DNA from: a virus
Lineage: Duplodnaviria > Caudoviricetes
Length of the DNA stretch: 64,000 nt
IMG/VR virus record: IMGVR_UViG_2818991472_000001
Location: 1 to 64,000 of that record
Strand: one strand, 5' to 3'
Part shown: positions 53,595 through 61,910 of the stretch, piece after piece
How the letters are laid out: every line of letters begins with the position of its first letter
Numbering within the stretch: position 1 is the first letter of the stretch
Position numbers and translations under genes: made by a program
The notes under the pieces: model-generated
The model's input: only the letters and a program-made list of their open reading frames with translations
What the model was told of the DNA's origin: nothing
Database searches by the model: none

Positions 53595-55724
53595 CTACCC
53601 CTTCTCCAGCGGCACAGCCGCGTCGATCTTCAGGAACCTGCGGGCACCGACATGGACCGGGTCGCCGTACCGGCCGTGCGGGCGCCGGTGCTCCGGCGCG
53701 ACCGTGCTATCCGGCCCGTACACCACCGGCGCGTTGTACGCGCGGCCCAACGCCCGCATCCGCGCCGCGCCCTTGAACAGCGCGGCGGGCTTGGGCATCC
53801 CGCCGCGCTGCTCGCTGCTCTCCGGCGGCACCGCCGAGCCCTCCCCGGCCGCCGCCCCGTCGCTCCCGTCGCCCTGGCCCGCGTCGACCGGCTGCGCACC
53901 GAAGCCCGGCACCGGCACTCCCCCGGCGGGCGGCATGCCCGCGATGTCGGTCGTGGTCGGCGCGAGCGTCGGCTGCAGCGCCACCGGGTCGAGGCCCATC
54001 AGCGGCGCCCGGATCATGTCCATCGCCGGGTCCTGGCCCTCGGGCAGAGCACGCGGCTCGAAGTCCGCCCGCAGGTCGGCCGGGATCGGCAGCCCCTCGG
54101 CCCGCAGCCGCTGGTACAGCTCCTTGCGGGTGCGCTGCTCCTCGACGGCCAGCTCGATCTGCTCCTCGCGGGTCTTGTTGACCTCGTCGTCGAAGTCGAT
54201 GGAGACGTTGTGGAGCCGGGTGCGCATGGAGATCGGCACCCCGGCCTCGCGCAGTGCCTCGAAGAACTCGGTCTGCCGGGCCTCGTCCTGCAGGGACATG
54301 GTCCGGAACTCAATCTCGGGGATCAGCAGCTTGGGCTGCTCGACGATCCGCTCCTCGCCGGTCTCCTCGTCGACCTCCAGGACCTCCTCCATACGCACGA
54401 ACCGCTGGCCGCCCCGGGTCTCGTAGTCGTAGTGCTCCTGGGCCTCCGCTACCACCAGGGCGCGCTGCCGGTAGTGGCGGCGCACGAGCTTCTGGTAGTC
54501 CGTCAGGAGCTGGGTGACGAGGTCGCGGTTCAGGGCGTCGGCGGCGTACGTCTCACCGGAGCTGGCGCCGGACAGCATGGTCTGGGACAGGCCGAAGACC
54601 TGGAGAATCCGGCCCTCGATCCGGTCGAAGTCGTCGGTGAAGTCCGGCATGTCCTCTTTCCCGAGGACCGGGGCCATGTCGATGCCGAAGTGATGGGTGA
54701 TCACCCGGAAGTCAGCGGCGAGCGCGGAGTCCAGGGCCTCCTCGAAGTCGGCCAGGTCGTCCTGGGTGGGAATCCACGGGACCTCGGTGCCCAGGTCGGA
54801 GGCGGACGCGCCGAGCTTGGCCAGGATCAGGGGGGTGTAGAGCCGATCGGCGACCGCGTCGACGGCCGCGTTCAGCATCTCCTCCTGCATCAGGCTGCGC
54901 ATCCCCCGGTACAGCAGCGGCACGCCCCGTTTGGCGTTCGGGCCGCCGCCGTGGAATTTCAGCTGCCGCAGGAGGATGTTGCTGACCGGCATGAGGACGT
55001 TGTCGGCGGCGTAGGCGGCCAGCTCCGGGTAGGCGGCCATGAGCTTGTCGTACTCCCAGGCCGGGGTGCGGGTGCGGATCAGCTCCCGCATGGCCTCCGG
55101 CAGCCGGATCGTGTACCTCGGGTCGCGCAGGAACGGGCTCCGCTGGACCTCGATGTTGTCCGGGTCCAGCAGTTCCTCGTCGTCCCAGACCCCGAGCGCC
55201 TCGTTGAAGGTCCCCAGCGGCCACGCCTCGCCGACCAGCCAGTACTCGCGCCCCATCGAGACGAGGAACTCGTCGTAGTTCAGCCCGTGCTCCTCGTCGA
55301 AGAACAAGTCCGAGTAGAACTCCGTGAGGCGCTCGTCCTTGCAGGACAGCTTCATCCCGAGCAGCGGATACTTCGCGTAGATGTCGATGCACGACCCGAC
55401 GATGGGATGGGCCGCGTACACCAGGCGGCAGTACGCCCGAAGGCGCTTCATCTGCTCCGAGTCGTCGAACTCGAACGGGAGGTTGTTCTGCTTCCAGTAG
55501 AAGAGCGGGTCGCGCGGCCGGGAGGTGGCGAACCCGAGGCTCGGCCCGGAGCGCCCGGAGCCGTCGGCCTCCTTGCGCATCCGCACCCGCCGGTTGTGCC
55601 GCATCTCGGAGACCTCGGGCGACTCCGAGTCGCTCCCGGCCGTCCTCGACGCCCGCCGGAAGAGCTTCGACATGCGCGTCAGCGCTGCCTCGCTCGGCCC
55701 TCGGTCCCTCGCCGTGCCCGCCAT
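53595..55724 (-). CDS. portal protein
   Basis: ATG55724 with GGGAGG; HPIVGSCIDIY.KYPL, EYW..GE, RG.PLL, YTPLILAKLG motifs of Bxz1-like portals. Confidence 0.8.
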   Translation of the reverse strand: MAGTARDRGPSEAALTRMSKLFRRASRTAGSDSESPEVSEMRHNRRVRMRKEADGSGRSGPSLGFATSRPRDPLFYWKQNNLPFEFDDSEQMKRLRAYCRLVYAAHPIVGSCIDIYAKYPLLGMKLSCKDERLTEFYSDLFFDEEHGLNYDEFLVSMGREYWLVGEAWPLGTFNEALGVWDDEELLDPDNIEVQRSPFLRDPRYTIRLPEAMRELIRTRTPAWEYDKLMAAYPELAAYAADNVLMPVSNILLRQLKFHGGGPNAKRGVPLLYRGMRSLMQEEMLNAAVDAVADRLYTPLILAKLGASASDLGTEVPWIPTQDDLADFEEALDSALAADFRVITHHFGIDMAPVLGKEDMPDFTDDFDRIEGRILQVFGLSQTMLSGASSGETYAADALNRDLVTQLLTDYQKLVRRHYRQRALVVAEAQEHYDYETRGGQRFVRMEEVLEVDEETGEERIVEQPKLLIPEIEFRTMSLQDEARQTEFFEALREAGVPISMRTRLHNVSIDFDDEVNKTREEQIELAVEEQRTRKELYQRLRAEGLPIPADLRADFEPRALPEGQDPAMDMIRAPLMGLDPVALQPTLAPTTTDIAGMPPAGGVPVPGFGAQPVDAGQGDGSDGAAAGEGSAVPPESSEQRGGMPKPAALFKGAARMRALGRAYNAPVVYGPDSTVAPEHRRPHGRYGDPVHVGARRFLKIDAAVPLEKG

Positions 55725-55742
55725 CCCGTCCTCCCTGTCGGT

Positions 55743-55776
55743 CACCCCTTCCGGGTGGCGGGCAGGCGGCGAACAG
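55743..55776 (-). promoter_or_regulatory. bipartite late motif
   Basis: CACCCCTT-N21-AACAG. Confidence 0.7.
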
Positions 55777-55865
55777 GAGACGCAGACCGGTATGACTGAT
55801 CGCGGAGTCTCCCGCAACCAGGCCACGCTCGGTGCCTTGGGGGACGGCCCGTCGTTGAGTAGGGC

Positions 55866-56249
55866 ATGGACCAGTCACCTGTGGCACAGAGCGAGAACGC
55901 GAAGGCGCGGCGGGACCTGCCGGGCGAGTTGTCGGCCCTGATGGACGGCCAGGACGCCCTCCGCAGCGCCCAGTGGTACCCGGCCCAGTCTGGGGACCTG
56001 CTGACGGTCCGCTGGCCCGCCAGCGGTGCCCTGCCCGCAATCGAGGAGATGTACGAGGTTGTCCGCGATGAGTGGGATGAGCTGACTCTGCAGCTCCGCT
56101 CCCACACCTACCCGGAGACGTTCGCCAGCAGTGCTGGGGCGTTCGCACGAGAGTGCACGCCGGACGATCCGTTCTTCGGGCCCTGGATGGAAGCCGGGCC
56201 ACACCGCCTCACGATCGTGCGAGGGGGCATGGTCATCCACGGCGGCTGA
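55866..56249 (+). CDS. hypothetical protein (opposite-strand insertion)
   Basis: 127 aa ORF filling the gap between two minus-strand genes. Confidence 0.6.
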   Translation: MDQSPVAQSENAKARRDLPGELSALMDGQDALRSAQWYPAQSGDLLTVRWPASGALPAIEEMYEVVRDEWDELTLQLRSHTYPETFASSAGAFARECTPDDPFFGPWMEAGPHRLTIVRGGMVIHGG

Positions 56250-56261
56250 CCAAGATCGCGG

Positions 56262-56735
56262 TCAGCCGCGCAGGCTGGAAGCGAGGTAGGCCACGTACGC
56301 CTCCCGCCCCACCGTCGCCCCTGCCGCCGTCCGGTAGGACTCCTTCTTCCCGAACGGTGGCCCGCCGCCGGAGTCATCACCGTCCTCCGACTTGCCGTCA
56401 CCGCCATCAGCGCTGCCGTCATCGAACGGCGGGCCGCCGTCGCCCTGGCTGCCATCCTCCGGGGCACCCGGCTGCGCCCCGGGAGCGCCCGGCGGCACCG
56501 CGCCGGGCGCTGGGGCAGGGGCGGGCATGCCCGGGATCTGCACCGGCATGCCCCCGACACTCTGCGGGAACGCCGAGTACATCGGCTGTACGCGCACGAT
56601 GAAGGCGGTGTTGCAGAACTGGCACTCGATGTTGCCGTCCGACCGTCCGATCACCTGCCCGCTGCCGCACATCGGGCAGTGCATCACCTGGACGCCGTCC
56701 CCGGACTGGTGCGCGTGCCGGACCAGCTGCGTCAT
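56262..56735 (-). CDS. Zn-ribbon protein, Pro/Gly/Asp-rich tail
   Basis: ATG56735 with GGAGG; CPMCGS...ECQFC. Confidence 0.65.
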   Translation of the reverse strand: MTQLVRHAHQSGDGVQVMHCPMCGSGQVIGRSDGNIECQFCNTAFIVRVQPMYSAFPQSVGGMPVQIPGMPAPAPAPGAVPPGAPGAQPGAPEDGSQGDGGPPFDDGSADGGDGKSEDGDDSGGGPPFGKKESYRTAAGATVGREAYVAYLASSLRG

Positions 56736-56749
56736 CGCTACCTCCATGA

Positions 56750-57472
56750 TCATCCGGTCCAGGCGTCCGGGTGCAGCGAGGACAACTGCTTGACGTTCTG
56801 CGGCCAGTACGAGGGCAGCCCGTCGTACGGGTTGCCCGCCGCGAGGTTCGGGGAGTTGTAGCAGAACACCGTCCGGATGCCCCGCGCGTACGCGCGGGCG
56901 ATGGCCTGCTGAGACGACGCCAGGTCCGGCACGGACTTCAGCACCACCGCGTACCGGCTCGGCGGGAAGTTGCCCAGCCACGTCGGCGGCGTCCAGGCCA
57001 TCCAGTCCTGCACGGTGCCCTCGAAGATCACCGTCTGGTCGGCCATCGCGATGTACGCCGGGTCCGGCACCACCCCGGGGTTGAGCACCACGAAGCGGGC
57101 GCCGTGCTTGCGCAGGCCCAGGACAGTCGTGGCCGTCGACTGGATGTGCCCGGGGTCGGGCGGGCACTGGTCCAGGAAGACCGCACTGAAGCCCCGGCCC
57201 CGCCAGGTGTCCATGTCCTGGAAGACGTTGAAGTCCAGCCGAGTCCCGTAGGTGTACGCGATGTAGGCGGCCACCGTGGTGCCAGCGGCCATCACGGCCT
57301 TGCCCACGTCGGAGAGCACGGTGTCCTCGGTCGTGCCGGGCCCGTTGAACTGGTTGAGCACCACCCAGTCCACCGGCAGCCCCGGGACCGCAAGGTCGGC
57401 CCAGGGCGCCCCGTTGATGCCGGGGTGCACGTACAGCGGCACCCCGGCGCCCATCGTTGACGGTGCGAGCAT
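56750..57472 (-). CDS. spherulin-4 family (GH135-like) glycoside hydrolase
   Basis: PLYVHP, VVLN..GPG, Y..YG.R, VFLDQ, VVLNPG, D..V.FEG, NPYD.LP motifs. Confidence 0.8.
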   Translation of the reverse strand: MLAPSTMGAGVPLYVHPGINGAPWADLAVPGLPVDWVVLNQFNGPGTTEDTVLSDVGKAVMAAGTTVAAYIAYTYGTRLDFNVFQDMDTWRGRGFSAVFLDQCPPDPGHIQSTATTVLGLRKHGARFVVLNPGVVPDPAYIAMADQTVIFEGTVQDWMAWTPPTWLGNFPPSRYAVVLKSVPDLASSQQAIARAYARGIRTVFCYNSPNLAAGNPYDGLPSYWPQNVKQLSSLHPDAWTG

Positions 57473-57475
57473 CGC

Positions 57476-57592
57476 TCAGTTCCCCCCGTAGATGACGTAC
57501 GGCACGAACCAGGCGGTCAGCGCGAGCCAGCACAGGGCCGCGCACAGCCCGGCGCAGGCGCTCACCAGGAGCGGCCAGAGCTTCTCCTTCAT
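57476..57592 (-). CDS. 38-aa single-TM protein
   Basis: GGAGGGG RBS, ATG57592, hydrophobic helix. Confidence 0.55.
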   Translation of the reverse strand: MKEKLWPLLVSACAGLCAALCWLALTAWFVPYVIYGGN

Positions 57593-57602
57593 CGGCCCCT
57601 CC

Positions 57603-58541
57603 TCAGGCTCGGAAGAGCGGCAGTTCAGGCGGACCGGCCGGACGCGGACGCGGAACGTGCGGCGGCGCCTGGTGGCTGAAGCCCGGCCCGGCCGCCGGAG
57701 CGGACGGCGGGGCCACCGGGGACTGCGACTCGGGGTGGCTGAACGTGGCCTCCGGGTCCGTCGGCAGGTGCAGCTGCACCGGCCCGGACGGCTGCGACAT
57801 CCCGTCCTCGAACGACACCTGCGGCGCCGGGCCGGTCGACCTCGGCGCGCTGTCCGCACCGGGAAGGTCCGAGAACGACGGTGCTGAAGCCGGACCGGAC
57901 GGCTGCACCGGGGTGTCCGGCTTCGGCGCGTCCGAGAACACCGCCGGAGACGGCCCGCCACCGCCCGTACCGCCGCCACCGGCCGACGGAGCCGCACTGC
58001 CGCCTCCGGCCGAGGGCGTGCCCGGGAGCTGGTCCATGGACGGCTTCCAGTGCTTCGCCCGGTCAGTGAACGGGCCATCCGCGACGTTGCCGAAGTTCTC
58101 GTACGCGAGCGGGTACGCGGTCGCCATCTTCGCGTGCTGCTCCGCCGCAGCCTCGGCCAGCTCCAGGCAGCGCGCCAGCGGCAGCCCGGGGTTGTCGGCC
58201 GCCGCCCGCGCCGCGAGCTTCGCCACCGCCGCCACCCGGGCACTGTCGTCCTGCCGCACCGGCGGCGGCACGCTGGCGGCGCGGGCCTCGCTCAGCAGCT
58301 TCCAGCGCCGCACCAGGTCCTGCTCCAGGGCCTCCACCGGGTACCCGCGCTGAGCCGCCGCCCGCCGCAGCGGCTCGGCCGCCAGCGCCAGCCGGTGCAG
58401 CGCGTCCCGCTCGTCCACGGCTGCCGACAGCAGCGGCCACACCGACACCTCGACGTCCTGCAGCGCCGCGCTGCGGGCCAGCTGCTCCTGCTCGGCCTCC
58501 AGGTCCCGGGCCGCGTTGTTCCACATCATGTCCGCGAACAT
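57603..58541 (-). CDS. hypothetical head-region protein, Pro-rich C-terminus
   Basis: ATG58541 overlapping upstream stop. Confidence 0.6.
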   Translation of the reverse strand: MFADMMWNNAARDLEAEQEQLARSAALQDVEVSVWPLLSAAVDERDALHRLALAAEPLRRAAAQRGYPVEALEQDLVRRWKLLSEARAASVPPPVRQDDSARVAAVAKLAARAAADNPGLPLARCLELAEAAAEQHAKMATAYPLAYENFGNVADGPFTDRAKHWKPSMDQLPGTPSAGGGSAAPSAGGGGTGGGGPSPAVFSDAPKPDTPVQPSGPASAPSFSDLPGADSAPRSTGPAPQVSFEDGMSQPSGPVQLHLPTDPEATFSHPESQSPVAPPSAPAAGPGFSHQAPPHVPRPRPAGPPELPLFRA

Positions 58542-60517
58542 CAGCTCTGCTCCCCGTTCCGCTCCTGCAGCAGCCCGGCCTGCACCCGACGTCGGAACGC
58601 CGCCGCCGACGCGGGCAGCGCGTACTGAGGCGGCGTCATGCCGCTGTCCGGCAGCGTCTGCACCACACCCGGCGAGTCCACGCCGCGCGAGGCCGGAACC
58701 ACCGGCGCCCCCGTCGGAGCCGCTCCGTTGTACGGCGACGGCCCACCGGCCGCCGCCGCGTCCATCCCGCCTGCCAGCGGCCCCGGCCGTCCGGGCCCGT
58801 TGATCGGCGTCGACCCCGACGGGTCCGCCGACGTCCCCGGCGCGGTCGTGTCCATCTGCAGCGTCGTCGCCGCCTGCGCCTGCAGGTACGTGCCGTCCGT
58901 CGGCAGGCCGTGCTCGGCCGCCACCTGGTGGGTGAACCGGCGGTGCAGCGCGATCCGCTGGCCCAGCGCCGGAGCCCGACCGGCCAGCCGCTGGTGCTCC
59001 TTGATCCACTCCCCGCGCTGCGCCGGGTGGTCGGTCAGCCCGGCGTAGATCCCGGCCTCCATCTCCGCCGTCCCCGCCAGCACCAGCGGAGTCCCCGGCC
59101 GCCACCGCATCGCGTACCGGTACCCCCGCTGGAAGTCCGGGTGCTGCATCTCCTGACGGGTCGCCACGTGCCGCGAGGCGTACACCTGCTGCGGCTTCTT
59201 CGTGCCCTGCCCGTTGTCGCCCCCCAGGCTCACCGGCACGTCCTGGCCCACGGAGGCGGGCTGCGCCGAGGTGTACGCATCCACGTACGACCGCGCCGCG
59301 TGCCCGTCGGAGAACGACGGCGCCTGCCCGGCCGGGTCCTTGCCGTCAGCCGCGCCCTGCGCGGCCGTACCCGGCGCAGCGGGCGGCGTGGACGCCGGGG
59401 TGTTGGCGATGTTCGGCTGCACCGTCTGGTGCGGGTGGCTCCACTGGTCGGCCTGCACCTGCCGACCGGCCGTGGTGTGCTGCGCAGGGCGGGCCGGTAC
59501 GCCGCCGGGGACGGCGTGGCCGCCCTCGTCGTGCTCTTCGCCGCTCATCTCCCACGGGAACATCACCTGCTCCGGCAGCGGGGTCGGGGCGGGGTGGTCA
59601 TGGACGTCGATGGCCTGCTGGATCTGCGGCAGCCCGGAGGCGGCCTGGGCCCGCCGGGGCACGTCCCCGCCGTCCTGGTGGCCGCCGAGCTGCTCGGGAC
59701 TGCCCTGGCCGCCGTCTCCGGCCGGAGCGGGGGACGGCCCGTTACCGCCGCCGGGCGGGTTCCAGCTCAGCTCGTCGGTGGTGGAGTGCCCGCCCGGCTT
59801 CTCCGGGGTGCCCTGGCCGCCGTTGCCGGACATGATCTCCTGCAGCAGCGGGTTCCGCTCGGAGGTCTCGGTGCCGACGGAGCCGGAGTTCAGCTCGTGC
59901 ACGGGCGGAGCGAAGTTGTCGAAGACGTCGGTCGGCAGCTCGGTCGGCTTGTTCGTCACGCCGTCCGGGGCGGTGGTCTGCTGGATCTGGTCCAGGCCCG
60001 AGCCCGCCTGGGCGCGCAGGAACGCGGCGTAGTCGGTGAAGACCTGGACGGCCTCCTCCCGGCCAGCGCCGTACCCGGCGGCCACCCGGTGGGCCAGCCC
60101 CTTGGCCTGCTCGGTGAACTCGGCCTCGTCGGCCCGGACTTCAGGCGACAGCTGGGAGAACCACAGCCCTGCCTGCGCGACGATCGCCGACCGGTCGACC
60201 TCGGGTTCGCCGAGACCGGCCAGCCAGTCGCTGGCGGAGCTGGTGCGCTCGAACGTCGGGGCCGGGGTGAGGGTCTCGGTCACCACGGTGGCCGCCCAGT
60301 CGATCTCGCGTTCCCGGGCGGCGTCCACGGCGGCCGTGCGGTCCATCTCGTCGAGCTGGGCGACCAGCCGGGCCTGCGCCGCCAGGGTCGGGGCGGCGTT
60401 GATGGCCCGCAGGATCGCGCCCCGGTCCTTGGGGGTCGTCACAATCTCCTCCAGTGCGGCTGCGGCAAGGTCGGCGGAGGAGAGGCGACCAAGCCAACGC
60501 GACAGGCGACGCAGCAT
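58541..60517 (-). CDS. large Pro/Gly-rich head-region (internal/scaffold-like) protein
   Basis: GGGAGG RBS downstream of late motif; internal repeat A.SGL.QIQQ. Confidence 0.6.
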   Translation of the reverse strand: MLRRLSRWLGRLSSADLAAAALEEIVTTPKDRGAILRAINAAPTLAAQARLVAQLDEMDRTAAVDAAREREIDWAATVVTETLTPAPTFERTSSASDWLAGLGEPEVDRSAIVAQAGLWFSQLSPEVRADEAEFTEQAKGLAHRVAAGYGAGREEAVQVFTDYAAFLRAQAGSGLDQIQQTTAPDGVTNKPTELPTDVFDNFAPPVHELNSGSVGTETSERNPLLQEIMSGNGGQGTPEKPGGHSTTDELSWNPPGGGNGPSPAPAGDGGQGSPEQLGGHQDGGDVPRRAQAASGLPQIQQAIDVHDHPAPTPLPEQVMFPWEMSGEEHDEGGHAVPGGVPARPAQHTTAGRQVQADQWSHPHQTVQPNIANTPASTPPAAPGTAAQGAADGKDPAGQAPSFSDGHAARSYVDAYTSAQPASVGQDVPVSLGGDNGQGTKKPQQVYASRHVATRQEMQHPDFQRGYRYAMRWRPGTPLVLAGTAEMEAGIYAGLTDHPAQRGEWIKEHQRLAGRAPALGQRIALHRRFTHQVAAEHGLPTDGTYLQAQAATTLQMDTTAPGTSADPSGSTPINGPGRPGPLAGGMDAAAAGGPSPYNGAAPTGAPVVPASRGVDSPGVVQTLPDSGMTPPQYALPASAAAFRRRVQAGLLQERNGEQS

Positions 60518-60531
60518 CGTGGACCTCCCTC

Positions 60532-60565
60532 CGCCCCTTCCCACCGGGCAGAGGCGGCCGGACAG
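60532..60565 (-). promoter_or_regulatory. bipartite late motif
   Basis: CGCCCCTT-N21-GACAG. Confidence 0.75.
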
Positions 60566-60625
60566 GACCCGGACTGTCCCCTGAGTGCGCTACCGTTCGG
60601 GGAGACCAGCAGGACGGAGGCAGCG

Positions 60626-61435
60626 GTGCTCAAGATCAGGGGGTTCGACGGCACCCCGGACGTCGTCCCGGGCTGGGAGGCGCGGGAGTCCGCCAGCGAG
60701 GCGGACGCCGACGTCCTGGAGCAGACGGCGCAGAGCACCGCCGACACGGTCGCCAGCGCCTGGCGGCAGCTCACCGACCGCCACGCGAGCAGCGTGACGG
60801 GGGCGCCGTCCCCGCTGCAACAGCTGCTTCTCAACGCCTGGCCGTACCGGGCGGTCGTCGAAGAGACTGACGCATCGTCACCTCATCGGGTGACCCGCGT
60901 GCGCCTGGAGTGCTACCTGGGCAGCGGACGCATCCACGACCTGCTCCACAGCTCCACCGGGCGCCACGTGCTCGCCCTGCTCCAGGCCGAGACTGGCATC
61001 GCCTTCACCCTGCCGATCTGCAGCACCCGCTGGCTCACCCTCGGCATCATCCACTGCACGCCGCGCGCACCCAGGCAGAGCCGTCCGGCCCGAACCGCGC
61101 AGGACGAAGCGGCCTTCAAGGCCAGGGTTGACGCGATCATCAACGGCAGCCTCGTCGAGGACAGCCTGACCTTCCCCGCCGACCGGCTCAACTACGCCCT
61201 GCGCAAGCACCTCGGGGTGAGCGCGACCACCTTGAGCTGGGCAGCAGCCCCCGAAGGACACTGCGCCGTCTACTTCGAGCGCAAGGCCGCCGCACGGCTG
61301 GCCGACTTCGGGATGCCGGTCGAAGGCGTACCGGGCCCCCACAACCCCAGCATGGTGCAGTACCTGCTCACAGACGCCCAGTGCCACGAGATCGCGGACC
61401 GCGCGGCCGGACGGCAGTCTGCCCTTACGGCGTAG
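60626..61435 (+). CDS. hypothetical protein
   Basis: GTG60626 with GGAGG RBS; coding-like part of called ORF 58910..61435. Confidence 0.6.
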   Translation: MLKIRGFDGTPDVVPGWEARESASEADADVLEQTAQSTADTVASAWRQLTDRHASSVTGAPSPLQQLLLNAWPYRAVVEETDASSPHRVTRVRLECYLGSGRIHDLLHSSTGRHVLALLQAETGIAFTLPICSTRWLTLGIIHCTPRAPRQSRPARTAQDEAAFKARVDAIINGSLVEDSLTFPADRLNYALRKHLGVSATTLSWAAAPEGHCAVYFERKAAARLADFGMPVEGVPGPHNPSMVQYLLTDAQCHEIADRAAGRQSALTA

Positions 61436-61862
61436 CTTCGCCCTGCTCCGGCTTGGTGTTGATCGTGCCGCCCGCCGCCAGCAGCTCCTTCTTCGGCACC
61501 GGCCTCATCGTGAGCCGTACGCTCGCACCCCCGAGTCCGGGGGAGTTGGAGATGTAGGCGGCCTTGTCCACGTTGCCTTCGTCCAGGAGGGCGTAGGTGT
61601 AGTCCTTGTCGTCGTGCTCGACGTCCCCGGCCAGGTGCATGAGCCAGCGGGTGTACAGCGCCAGCTCCTTGCCGATGTCCCGCTTGGCGTCCATGCCGTA
61701 GACGGCGTGCACTTCGCCGATGAGCACGCCGCCGTGGCTGATGGTCCAGTTGATCGGCTCCATGTCGGCCTTGGCAGCCCTGCTGAACAGCTTGCCCAGC
61801 GCCCGGTAGCCAGCACGCTGGTACTCGATGCTGTACGTGTGCTGCGGTGGGGAGAAGGCCAT
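61425..61862 (-). CDS. hypothetical protein
   Basis: 145 aa ORF with host-like codon use. Confidence 0.6.
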   Translation of the reverse strand: MAFSPPQHTYSIEYQRAGYRALGKLFSRAAKADMEPINWTISHGGVLIGEVHAVYGMDAKRDIGKELALYTRWLMHLAGDVEHDDKDYTYALLDEGNVDKAAYISNSPGLGGASVRLTMRPVPKKELLAAGGTINTKPEQGEATP

Positions 61863-61910
61863 GGCCGGAGTCTAGAGGACTCTGGCCATGGCTATGGTCA
61901 CTTTCTGTTG

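Noticed and set aside
51981-55799. Long plus-strand ORFs (1272 aa here; also 37145..39610, 48750..50993, 14176..15822)
   Set aside because: Antisense shadows of high-GC3 minus-strand genes; no motifs or RBS
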